Of a DNA stretch of 64,000 nt, positions 53,183 through 64,000 are shown one piece after another. Numbering within the stretch: the first letter of the stretch is position 1; the number at the start of each line of letters is the position of its first letter. The notes below the pieces were generated by a model. It searched no databases. It saw only the letters and a program-made list of their open reading frames with translations, and was not told the origin of the DNA. The stretch covers positions 7,254,001 to 7,318,000 of the forward strand of contig OZ316776.1 in the NCBI GenBank assembly GCA_973851085.1, read 5' to 3'. Source of the stretch: Ptychomitrium polyphyllum (taxonomy: Eukaryota). Both the position numbers and the translations under genes were made by a program.

Positions 53183-54412
53183 ATGCTGGGCGTGAGACGA
53201 GGCTATAGATTCCTGCGCATTTCATTCGCTCGCGAATGGCGAGTGGAGAATCATGCTCCTTGCGTGGAAAGAGGGGGTCTCAGTCAGAGTCGTGGACTGA
53301 TTTTGCGTCCCGTCAGCGATGTTTCAGAGTTTTTCTCGTTTGGCTCTTCTTTGTTGGGTGAGCCTTATGAGAATGGTTTCAGGTCGCAGTTTATGGGAAT
53401 GTGCACCCGGAGTACATTGGAAGGAGAGGCTAGGGTGCGGAAGACAAGATCGTCCGAGGATCCTCGAAAGTTGTACGAAGATATGGTGGCGTCCATGGAC
53501 AAGAAAGTGATCCCGAATCCCCACCAGTTGCAGGAGTTGATCCGTTCTGCCTCTACAGTGCCAGAGATTGCGCTCGCTATGGACGTTGCAGATCGTGTGA
53601 GACGGGCGATGATGTCGGACATGGGGAAGAAGGAATTGCATCACACCAAGGAGGTGACGCACATGATGGTGGCTGCTTGTCTTCGAGCTGGTGATACGCA
53701 GAGTGCTTTGAAGTTGTTGTGGAGAAAGAATCCTGACGGTTTCACCTCGAGCATTGGCTCCGCACATCTGCTCCTCAGGCATGCCAAACTCCACAAGGAT
53801 GTGAAATTCATGCGACAAGTTCTGCGTGCCATGGCAGCCAACGACGTCCGTGCGACGCAAACCACAGCTGACATCGTCCTCCGGCTGTGCAAGGAAGGCG
53901 GGGAGATAGACCTCATGTTTTCTCTTGCAAAGGACTATCATAAGGCGGGTCTCACATTCCACGACTCCCTCTTCGATGTTCTCATCTCAAATGCCGCCAA
54001 TGTTGGAGACCCGAAATTTGTCCATGAAATTCAGACCTGGAGGGACAAGCAAGGCTTACAACACACCACCGCCAGTGCTGTCTCCATGGCCAAATCGCTC
54101 ATACTGGAGCGGAACCCCAAGGAAGCAGCGGTGATGGTCAGCGATCACTGCCCTGCCACTGATGCACCTAAGGCAGAGAAACGAGAGCATTACTTGGGCA
54201 TCATGGTAAAGGTATGGCCTCTCCAGCTTGTTACATCGCTCAATGTAGAATCCAGAGAGGAATATTTGCGGACGCTCAAGGAAGATGTAGCTTGCATGTT
54301 TGACAATCTCAGGGACTTGGGATTGACATTCCAAACATTCAATGTCAGTAAGAATTTTGCACAAGGGAAGGGAAGTAGCAGTGCTGCTCAGAAGGAGGTT
54401 AAGGTCAGGTAG
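53183..54412 (+). CDS. Degenerate PPR-like mitochondrial protein, rPPR10/mS83-like mitoribosomal subunit; intronless, 409 aa
   Basis: Single ORF with an Arg-rich presequence-like N-terminus. LYEDMVASM..PN, LWRKNPDGFTSSIGSAHLLL, TADIVLRLC, FDVLISNAANVGD and AKSLILERNPKEAA match the recalled At4g15640/At3g21465 family. Confidence 0.85.
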   Translation: MLGVRRGYRFLRISFAREWRVENHAPCVERGGLSQSRGLILRPVSDVSEFFSFGSSLLGEPYENGFRSQFMGMCTRSTLEGEARVRKTRSSEDPRKLYEDMVASMDKKVIPNPHQLQELIRSASTVPEIALAMDVADRVRRAMMSDMGKKELHHTKEVTHMMVAACLRAGDTQSALKLLWRKNPDGFTSSIGSAHLLLRHAKLHKDVKFMRQVLRAMAANDVRATQTTADIVLRLCKEGGEIDLMFSLAKDYHKAGLTFHDSLFDVLISNAANVGDPKFVHEIQTWRDKQGLQHTTASAVSMAKSLILERNPKEAAVMVSDHCPATDAPKAEKREHYLGIMVKVWPLQLVTSLNVESREEYLRTLKEDVACMFDNLRDLGLTFQTFNVSKNFAQGKGSSSAAQKEVKVR

Positions 54413-54718
54413 TTTGAAGTAGAATGTAATATACAGAGGGAATGTCCATGGAAGCTGAGGGAAGATGTAGCTTGCTTTTATGTTTGAGAGTTTGAAGAGC
54501 AAGGGATTATCATTCCTATCGTTTGATGTTGGTGAAAGTTTTGCACAAGGGAAGAGAAGTGACAGTGTTGCTGAGAAGGGAGTTAAGGTGGAATGTAGAA
54601 TCCAGAGAAAAATTTGCAGAAGCTCAAGGAAGATGTAGCTTGCATGTTTGGAAGTTTTTAGAACATGGGACTGTCATTCCAAACATTTGATACTAGTGAA
54701 AGTTTTCACAAAGTGAAG
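54242..54718 (+). repeat. Three diverged tandem copies (~170 bp) of the rPPR10-like CDS tail
   Basis: Copies start at ~54242, ~54422 and ~54591. They share AATGTA..., GGAAGATGTAGCTTGC, CATTCC and TTTT(G)CACAA. Confidence 0.88.
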
Positions 54719-55929
54719 CTTGATTGCTGCTTCGAAAGAGGTCAAGACAAGGTAATTTAAGTCGATGTTGAGATAGATGAAAGGAAGAGACTGAGTGAAT
54801 TTTCTTGCTCATGAACAATTGATAATTACGTTTCAGTTGAAGCGATCTGTAAAGTGTAGTTATCATTTTGCTATATTGAACGTGTATTTTTGGCACAATC
54901 AATTCCAAAGTTGATGAATCAAGGAGCCCTTGGGTAAAGTTTCTCGGGGCATGCGGTGACAGATTAGCTGGAAGATCGTATTAGTGTTGTGATAGTGTGA
55001 TTGAGTGAACGATGGTCAAATGTTGGAATGATTTTCTATGTGACTGATACGTTGCTATATATAAAGGGGACAGTAAAGGACATGAAAACTTGTTAAGTGG
55101 CGCAAAGTGTGCAATGCAAAGAGTAATATGTGTGAAAGTTCTGCTCATTTCAAGGAACTAATAGTTTATGCAGAGGGAATCCGGTCCAGCTGATTGGGTA
55201 TTGTTGGAAGACATGCATTGCCTGAATTCGCACCTGAAACGTATCCATTGCACATTTTCACTACAAGGTATTTTATCCCTCTTAATAAGTCATTCTAAGT
55301 TCAATGCACTTCAAGTATTAATTAACACGAACTTGATTAATAAATTCACTTGATGTGACTTTATGATGCATTACTTCATGAATAATATGTAAGGTGCCTT
55401 GTTGTCCTGACTACAACCTTATTGACACTTACTGTTGGTGACATTGGTTTGACAGTATACCACAGGTTTGGTTTACCATTAGTTTTGTGAATAAGTATGT
55501 GGACTCTAGGCCCAGACAGTAAATGTGAAAGTTGTAGCATTTTAAAACCAAATCGAATATTAACTTTCCCAAACATGCATTAGTTCAAATCGTAGATGGC
55601 AATTTTCATTCATCCAAGACACAACCTAATCAAGCACATTATTAGAGTCCTAAAAACCATCTGTAACACTAATTGAAGGAAGACTATGAAAATATTTAGC
55701 TACAGTGCCTTAGGAAGTATTGTCACTATGACACTTCTCCAGAAATTGAAAGAAAAAAAGGTCCTACGATATCGTCATGGATATCATCCTAAAGCCCCTT
55801 AATTCGTCCTCTTCACAACCACCTCTGCACTGCCTGCAGTACCACTGCTGTACACAGCCTACTACTGTACCACCACGTCACGCAATCGTGGACTCCATGG
55901 TTAACAGAAAAGATGATGGCTCTGACCAC

Positions 55930-56250
55930 GGAACGGCCTGCCCTAGAAACAGTTAATGCACGAACGTCGAGAACGTGAAGCGGGGAAACACAGAGAAACC
56001 CCTCGAAACGACGGGCCCGGAGGGCAGATCTTCGCGCATTCCTAATTCCCTTCCTCCAGTGACCTGCCGTTTCCCAGGGCGACCCCGCAGCCGCGATATG
56101 CCGCGCATCCCTGCGATTCCCTGCGGCAGCGGCAGGTCTCGGCCAACGGTAAACAGGGCCGGACGAACGGCCCAGATGCGCGCACATCGAGGGGCGGTCC
56201 ATCGGGGCCGCTGATGTGGGGATAACCAACCTGCCTAAATTTGAACGGGG
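55930..56250. promoter_or_regulatory. GC-rich promoter with five AACGG (MSA-core) motifs
   Basis: AACGG at 55932, 56145, 56166 and 56244, plus CCGTT at 56067, upstream of the long coiled-coil gene. Confidence 0.4.
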
Positions 56251-57734
56251 AGAGTGGTGTCAGGATTTGAAGTGGCGATCGTTGACAAAGAGCGAGGCTC
56301 TGTTTTTGCAGCTCACTTGCTGCTGTGGCGCTTTGCAGGTGTCGCATTCAAGTACTTTTGGTGCGGCTGCCGCAGAGGGTTCCAGTTCCAGGCTTGCAGT
56401 CTGCAGCTGCCATCGAAAACATCATTGTCGCTTGTTTTCCTCGTTTTGGTGTCGAGATTGGTCGTCTGTACTCTGTAGTAGGTGAAGGGTCGATTGCAGC
56501 TGCATGAGACATGAGATTGGCAGATTGATTGCGCGATGAGTTTCAGGTTTTCGTCGGCGATTGTTCCATAGTGTCGTGGTTTCGATGTTGGAGTTACAGT
56601 TTTAGATTATTCGTTTTGGTAAAACCTGAGAAGACGAGATTGGAGTTCGAAGTTTTTTGGAAGTCATCTTGGTAAGGTTTCTTTGGCTGGTCGTGGCGGC
56701 ATTGTTGTGATTGTGACTGAATTGCGGGAGATGCGTTCGGGAGAAGTTTAGCGATGCCGAGGCATTTCGTTGAGGAGCTGTAGCTGTAGGATGAGCCTTA
56801 GGTTGAGGGTGACGGTTTACTTTTACTCGGAAGTAGGCCGTTTTGTACTGGTTTCTCTAATTCATTGTGGTTATGCGTTTGTGCATAGGTTCAGGTGTTT
56901 GTGTTAGGTATCAGGAGTTCCGTTGCTGTGTGTCGGGATTTTTGCTTGTTCAATTGGCAAGATAATTGTTACACCAGAAGTAAGAGTAATTGTGGGTTCG
57001 TAGCAGAAGGAGAAGCTGCTCTGCGGGATTGCGGTTTGAGTATGGATAGGGAAGCCGAGTTTTGTTGAGTGGACTGTCGACGGGTATGTGGTGAAGGGTG
57101 GAGGAGATCGCGTTCAAGGTTTTTACTAGGGTTTTAGAGGTATTTACACAATTCTCTGGCCTGTGGTACTTGCATTGTTGTGACTATGTAAGAACTGTGA
57201 GAGAAAGAACTTGGGCAAATGCTGAGGTGTTTCTAGGAGCGGCTAGCTTTAGGAGGAGCTGCGGGAGATATCTTTTTCTTGCAGTGTGCTCTTTCTGTCT
57301 TGAGTCCGGTCTTCAGGACTTGGGAACGTACTCGTTTAGGACAATTGTCGGCCTGCTTAAGTCTTCGAATTCAGACAATCGAACGCTTGCAGACGTAGAT
57401 TTTGTGAGTTTGGAAAGAGCGTTCCAACGTTACTTTGGCATTCTTGTGTTTGCGTTGTATTTAGTGAAGATAGAGCAATGAATCGATTGTCGAAAATAAT
57501 GGAAATCATGTGTTGTTTTTGCAGAAGGCACAACTTCGTCACCGTTGATAGCAATATGAGCTATCTGCATCTATTTTAGAAGCTGCAGGAATGTTGACAT
57601 GTAATGGTTGCGAAGTACCTAGTGTGAATGCGAATTGTTGAAGCAGGAGAGGAATTAATTTGCCGGGAAGACAAAAATGATTAGCGAACACATTTTTCAC
57701 AGTTATAACACCAGTTGCCATCTTCAACTATGTA

Positions 57735-60700
57735 ATGACAGAATTTATCAAAGTGTATGGGACAAACTGGAGGCTTGGTTACTTGTTGCGTAGAGTGCCC
57801 CTGATCAAGATGATGCAGTGTGTAGTGACTCGTCGAAGGGTATCGGGTCGGAAGAAAGCCAATCTGGTGCACGGACCCCGCAACCCTGGGCTGGCGACTC
57901 TCATTGCTAGCCCAGGGTTAGAGCAATGCGACGCTCCTCATCCTGATCATGCATTGATCACGAAATGCTCGTCGTCACTTGACGCAAACACTTCGGACAA
58001 CGCTTGCGGGACGGACGCAGCCAACGTGGCTGTAAAAATGGGTGATGTTCTAAGAAAGCGTAGATATGATGAAGGGAGCCTGAACTCTGGGCCATTGCAA
58101 AGAGTATTTCTTGCAAACAATGTCAGACATATTCCGTATTCCAAAGTTGCTGAAATTAGGGAAGCTCGCTGGGCTTCCTCAGATCGCAAGGTTGTAACGC
58201 TGAAGCACATTGCAACTCCCACTTCATTGCCCTTGTCGTCCTTTAATAGGCAACGAGTTATACCGGAGATGCTCACAGCAGACGATACAACCGGAAAATT
58301 TGCATACATATCCCTGGATGGACGCCTTATCAATGCCGAGCTTGCTACCAGGGCGACGGAAACTGAGGGAGGTTCGGGAGTCCAGGAGGCACAAGCATGG
58401 GAGGATTTCGCTATCATGTACCGAGTTCTAATTGTTGCTCTGTCGGCGGCTGCCTCCTCAGCAGCCAAGGATAAGAACAGTTCAAAAATTCAAAGATTGC
58501 TGAAGGTTGTGACTGAGCAGGTGCCGCTCGTTCACATTATTTTAAATACTGATCCCATGCACAAGTGGTCTTTGATGTCTGTTGGTTTGCAATAAATGTC
58601 TTTGCAATTCAGAATGATTGTAATCTTCCTGCATTGCCCCATGTTTTATATAGGAGAAAGAACTTGTGCTTATAAGGCAGCAGCTTAGCGATCAATCATG
58701 CTTTCAAGAAATTACAGACCCTTCTAGTCTCGCGTCGAGGACCGAGCATCTCGAATGGGCGTTTTCTACGGGTACTGCAGGCGATTTCCAAAATACGAAG
58801 ACATTGGGGAATTTTGAATTGGGCGACGTGGGTAGGGGAGGAGGGGAAGACACGGACAAGAATTTAGAAGCTTCTGGGAGAGCAGATGCAAACAGCCCCG
58901 TTGACTTGCGACTCAATTTACCGTTGCTAGTGGATCTGGGCCTCTTGCTTAGAGACCGTGATATATTATCAAAGGACCTTGAAATAACTAGGGATGATGC
59001 TATGAATAAGGATGTAGTTCTTATGGAGACTCCATTTGAAAAACATTTGAGCAGTGGCGGCTTATGTTCCCTGCGTGAGACAAATTCATTGTTAGAAAAG
59101 TGTGCCGGTGATGAAGAAAAATGGTACGTGAACCCTATGGTCGACTCGATGGAGAATTACTGTGTTATGTGCACCCCTGAAAGAGAGAGCCCGCTCTTTT
59201 CAACATGCACACCTCGACAATCATTTAAATTGACGACCTTAGGGTCATCCTTAAAGAAAAGCAACAAATGGAATTCAGATTCTTCGTTGTCGTCACTAGT
59301 GGAGATTTCACCCGCTTCGCCTTTGCAGGTAATGGACTGCTAACAGTCAGAATTCTGGACGAATTCGAGCTTGCTGGGTGCACCAACTGGTACCTGGGAT
59401 GCCTGTGTATTTTGTCGTTTTGGGAAGTGTTCATGTACTCTCGTAGCGATTGATATAAGGTACACCTTCCGTCGGCTTCTGATGCAGGTCATTCCTTGCC
59501 GGTTAGCAAAGGAATCGGTTGCTCCAGTTGTAGAAGATAGGTATATAGAAGAAGAAGTGACGGCATTACGCGTTGAGTGCGCTGCTGCTGTACTTGAACT
59601 GAAGGTATTTATATTTCTGGATACATTCTACATTTTGACAGTATGAAGAAATGTTGGCATCAACAATGAATGTGTAGTTCAACCTAATTTTCAGAGTTGA
59701 TGTAGAAATTCTAGCTGCGTTTCGAATCTCCTAAGATTGCCAGCTTTTCTGTAGACGAAGGTGATGACGGTTCTTAGGAAGGAAGGCGCAAGATGCATAA
59801 CAGAACGAAACCTAAACGCGACAGACGGAAGAGCTCTAGTTGCCTCACTACTATCAGCGGTTGCTGGTTGTTGGCGGGATACGGTCCCTCAAACTTTGGC
59901 TGCTCTTGGTCTTTCTCCATCGGAATACAATAGTTGTCTGCTCAATCAAACACAGGTTTGAAGAACGGTCCCGCCTACTCTGCCGTTGTGGTGTATTCAT
60001 GATATGGCAAAAGCTCTTCAAATCTCTGGATGTTGGATGTTATCTAGTCAATTTGAGCATCGGGTCGGCCTGGAATTGTTTTTTCCTCGGTTATAATTGT
60101 TCAGTATGTCTGGCTTTACTACTGACATGTCTGTCAATTTTGTCTTCTTGTTCGTGCTTCTAGTGTCAGAAGGAATTCCCTTTCTGATTTGTGTTGAGTG
60201 TTTTCCTGCAGAAAAAGAAGCCAAACGTTTTCGAATGTGCTAGAGATACTGACGGTTGGAGACAGTTTTTGGAGGAACATGACACTAACGAACCGGAAGC
60301 CGGGCAATCTAGTCGAGTGGCCGCTTTGTGTTTGTGTGCTTCAAATTTTGAGCAGTTAAGTGTGTGCACGTCTTCAAAAGATGATGGGCCAGAGGAATCG
60401 CCGGAAAGGGAATCACCGAAACCGAAATCTATGTATCTCTTGTGTGCCCCTGAAGCTGGTCAGGAATCAACTAGTTCAAATGTCAAAGTTCGTGGGCAAG
60501 ACGGAGAAGACGAGTTCAATATTCGAAGCAGTCATTTAAATTCAGAGAATTCTGCTGAGTCACAAGGCAAGTTCATCAGTTGCTGGGAGATTCCTTCAGA
60601 ATGGCTGGACAAGGCATCAGCTGAAGTACGTCTCCCGACCTAACCACTTTGCCATCCTGTAGGTGTTATGGGTGAAGTCTGCGGTCGTCAAAGGAGAGTG

Positions 60701-63700
60701 TCATCTTCTCGGGTTGATCCATTTTGAGAAACATTTTGTGAAATATACACACTAGTGAAATTCTGCACTTACCAGCACTTCATATTTAAAATGCCATATG
60801 AATCGGCTGCACGCTCTAATCCGCTTGTTTAATGGCTGTAGGTAGCAGACATGGAAATGCAAATGAAAATGTTGCAGCAAGATGTCTCAGAATATGAAGT
60901 TGAACAACATAATTTTGAGAGCAAGCTCACCGAAGCCATCCACTTGGAGAATCAGGTTGTATGCTTGGCATGTGCCTAAGGACTTACGAAATGAGCACAA
61001 TCATGCTTAAGTTAGATCAGCAGCAACGAAAGCGCACCATGCTTAGCTTTGATGGAAGGAGTACGCTGACTGGCGTACTGCGTCTTTCTATCAGGACAGA
61101 AAGTTCAATGATAACACACAAGATGTGAAGTAGACCCAAATGCTATTGATGTGCCTCTGGTTACTTTGTGACATATGCCTACGCATATATTAAACGAACT
61201 CGTGCATAGTATACTCAGGGGGGATTTTATTTTTAATGGTGTGCAGCAGTCTTTAAACAAGAAACGTTAGTCCCCATTGAGTTTTGGCGAATGTTTGACA
61301 AGTCCCTCCGTAGGGGACCCTTTCGTTCTTGGTCAGTTAGTCATGTGATGGCATAGGTAGTCTTTGTGATGATTTGCGTGATTGTGGAGCATTAACGGAG
61401 CCACATACTCCTTTGAGATATGCAGGTCAAATTACATTGCGATATAGTAGAGTTGGGAGCTCGTCTCGAGGCGAAAGAGTTCCAAATTGCCGAAATAACA
61501 GGACCTACTCAAATGAAGCGAAATCAAGAGGTATAGAAACAGTGGAAAAATATTAATTTTATGGCCTTTAGCAGATATGTACCTTATCATCAGGTCATTG
61601 ATATTAATCTTTCAGCACCAAAGGTGTTTGGTTTCTTCTCGTTTTCTGCTGAAGTCACTGTATAACACCTCCCATGATTTATGTTGTTTACTGATTTCAA
61701 GGCTCTTCAATTCCTGTCTCAATGATGCAGGTTATGATTGTGGATCTTGCTGAGATGAGACGTGAACTTCAATGTAAAGAATCCCAAATTGCAGAGTTGA
61801 CTAGTGTAGTCCAGTCGAAAGCGAGAGTAATCGTAGACATGGAGAATTACAAGGTGAGCTATTCGGCTTTGGTAAATAACTGTGCCAAGAGTGTCACCGT
61901 CTTTTCAGAAATGATCGGGACTTAATCTATTATCCGTAGACTCTAACGTCAAATTCTCTTGTTTTCTATTGTCGTAATGAAGTCATGAAACAATCTGACC
62001 TGCATCGGACAACCAAACGTATCTTGAGGACAAGTGTTCTGCAATGTTACAGATAGATATGCATGCAGATCGGGAGGAAATGGCACGAAAACTGCAGTCA
62101 AAAGAATATGACATTTTAGAGTTGAAAAGTCAAGTTCAGTTGAAAGGACTTGAAATCGCAGACTTGGAGCGAAAGTTAAAGGTTGGTCATTTTCGCTAGA
62201 TTTGTCTCAAGATACGAGCATTTTCTTGAAGATAGGAGTGCCAATGATTATATTTCTTTTGTACTATTGACGCTAATGCCAACTGACTTTGAATATCTCC
62301 TTTATATCTTTTTCAAGCCTATCTAAAGAAGGACAAAACGTGTGCAACCCTATGCAGGCCAAACTGAATTTGGATGTTTCCGAAATGACACAACAGATCC
62401 ATTTAATAGAATCCAAATTTGTAGAGTTGACGACACATCTACATTTGAAAGATGTCGAAATTGCAGACCTAGAGCGTACCCAGAAGGTATAGTACTTCCA
62501 ATGTCACCATTCTTCCAGAAAAACTACATTTCAATCAGGTCAGGATTTGATCACAAGAATAAACATTCCGTAGGTACGAATAACATTGAATTGGGATGTC
62601 ATCCATAGAAACGTGTGCAAAGAGAGGTAGGGGGAAAGATATTTGGAAGAACCGGAATTGGTCGTATATTGAAGGTTGATTAACGTATGCTATTAAGGGT
62701 GGCAGGTCATTCTTATGGTCAAAAATGAAGAGTTGTCTGCGTTGCGAGAAGACCGTGTTCTTAGTGACGCACATCTTGACGAAGTTGCTGCTGCTGCACA
62801 AGCAACCGAAATTGCATATTCAGAAGTAAGCTCCTGACCACTGCGAATGATCTAAGTGTTGTGCGTATTCATTTTTTCAGTCAAGCATTAGACAGGTACA
62901 GGATTGTAACACTGATAATCTTCCAAGAACCTCATGGTTTATTCCTATCGTCAAATGGTTGTGCTTATAACTTCATACGCACTGGCTGGTGTCCATCCTA
63001 GCTCATCAGAACACTTGACCGAAGGTGCAAGTGTTCTTTACTCTAGTCTGAGATATCGTAGATGTTGGTTATGGAATGGTAAAGTTTCATAGTCAAAAAC
63101 AAACTATAGCTGATTTTGAATGTTTCCTGCGTGTATCAAATTGGCAATATTATGATTTCTCATGTGTTCTTTAGCAGTAATTAAGACGTTCGTTCTATTT
63201 CTTACGCAGAGGATATTAGCATTGGAGGATCTTTGCAATCGCAAAGATTACAAAATGTTTGAAATGAAACAGGAACTTCGAGCTCTCGAAACTAAAGTAA
63301 GCCCCGATTTCCTAGTTTTCATTGTTTTAGTTTCCTACGTTAGCCGAAATATCTCTGTTCGACTGTATTCAACTTGTCACAATATAAACTTGAATCCTGA
63401 GAAACTAATCAATCTTGAATGATTCTGCAGATTAATTCTTTCAAGCTAATGCAAACTCCGGCTATGCTTCGTGGCAAGCGAAGCTTCATTTCATGTGTCC
63501 CGCCTCCAATTAGCGAGCGTGAGGGGGCTTCCAGTGACTCACAGAAACAATGCGTCCTCGAGAAAACGCTCCCTCCGTCCTATTCGATTGTGAAAAGCTC
63601 TGTTCTTCAGCATTTAAAAGATCTTAAAGATGCGTCTTTCAAGGAATCAGATTCCTCTGTATACCCTCAATCACCCGCGGAGGTTTTAGACGATCGTTCG

Positions 63701-63985
63701 TCAGGTGATGAGTTTTATCAGGAAAAGAATCTCATGTTAGCATCGACCTCAAGTGAGAGAAACATCCAATCAGATTTTGCGGAACCCAACCAAATTGTTC
63801 GAGATGATGATACCAGGACTGGAATTTGCAACCAAGACAAGGAGAATGACACCAAGAATGGAATTTACAACTCATACGATCATAAGAATTCGCGAACTCC
63901 AACAAACGGATTACAATCCGCAAAACTAAGCACACTCAATGTGATCACGAAGCACAAAAGAGTTACTGCAGGTAACACCTTTTAA
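57735..63985 (+). CDS. Large coiled-coil protein with plant-conserved FAYISLDGRLINAE motif (At5g12930-like); at least 13 exons, may continue beyond the window
   Basis: In-frame GT-AG exons approximately 57735/57810-58520, 58654-59328, 59488-59604, 59755-59955, 60212-60626, 60842-60955, 61426-61530, 61731-61853, 62053-62181, 62358-62486, 62706-62825, 63210-63296 and 63431-63971 (donor) or 63985 (stop). The start codon and 3' end are uncertain. Confidence 0.8.
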
Positions 63986-64000
63986 AACGCCTGACCGAGC

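Noticed and set aside
53324..53962. 212-aa antisense ORF (similarly 57947-58468)
   Set aside because: Shadow ORFs opposite GC-rich coding exons.

Overview
Eukaryotic nuclear DNA from a land plant, most likely a moss (inferred from gene style and chromovirus content, not proven). Nine protein-coding genes, eight of them intron-containing, flank a ~18 kb block of nested, decayed Ty3/gypsy-type retrotransposons at 29.4-47.1 kb. Left of the block: an MES-family alpha/beta-hydrolase with Asp at the nucleophile position, a decayed Copia relic with a minisatellite, a cytochrome-b5-fused sphingolipid fatty-acid 2-hydroxylase, a RUG1-like RCC1-repeat gene head-to-head with a BORCS5/myrlysin-like gene, a HIBCH-like gene and a GDSL lipase. 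Right of the block: an uncharacterised beta-strand-rich protein head-to-head with an intronless rPPR10/mS83-like gene whose CDS tail is triplicated, and a large coiled-coil gene built from tandemly duplicated exons. The most unusual structures are two LTR-derived fold-backs in one retrotransposon (the 3' LTR is reduced to a 68-bp hairpin), a solo LTR with a perfect target-site duplication, the b5-FAH fusion, the BORC-subunit candidate and the exon-repeat coiled coil. Exon coordinates were read by eye and homologies are recalled from memory; no searches were run.
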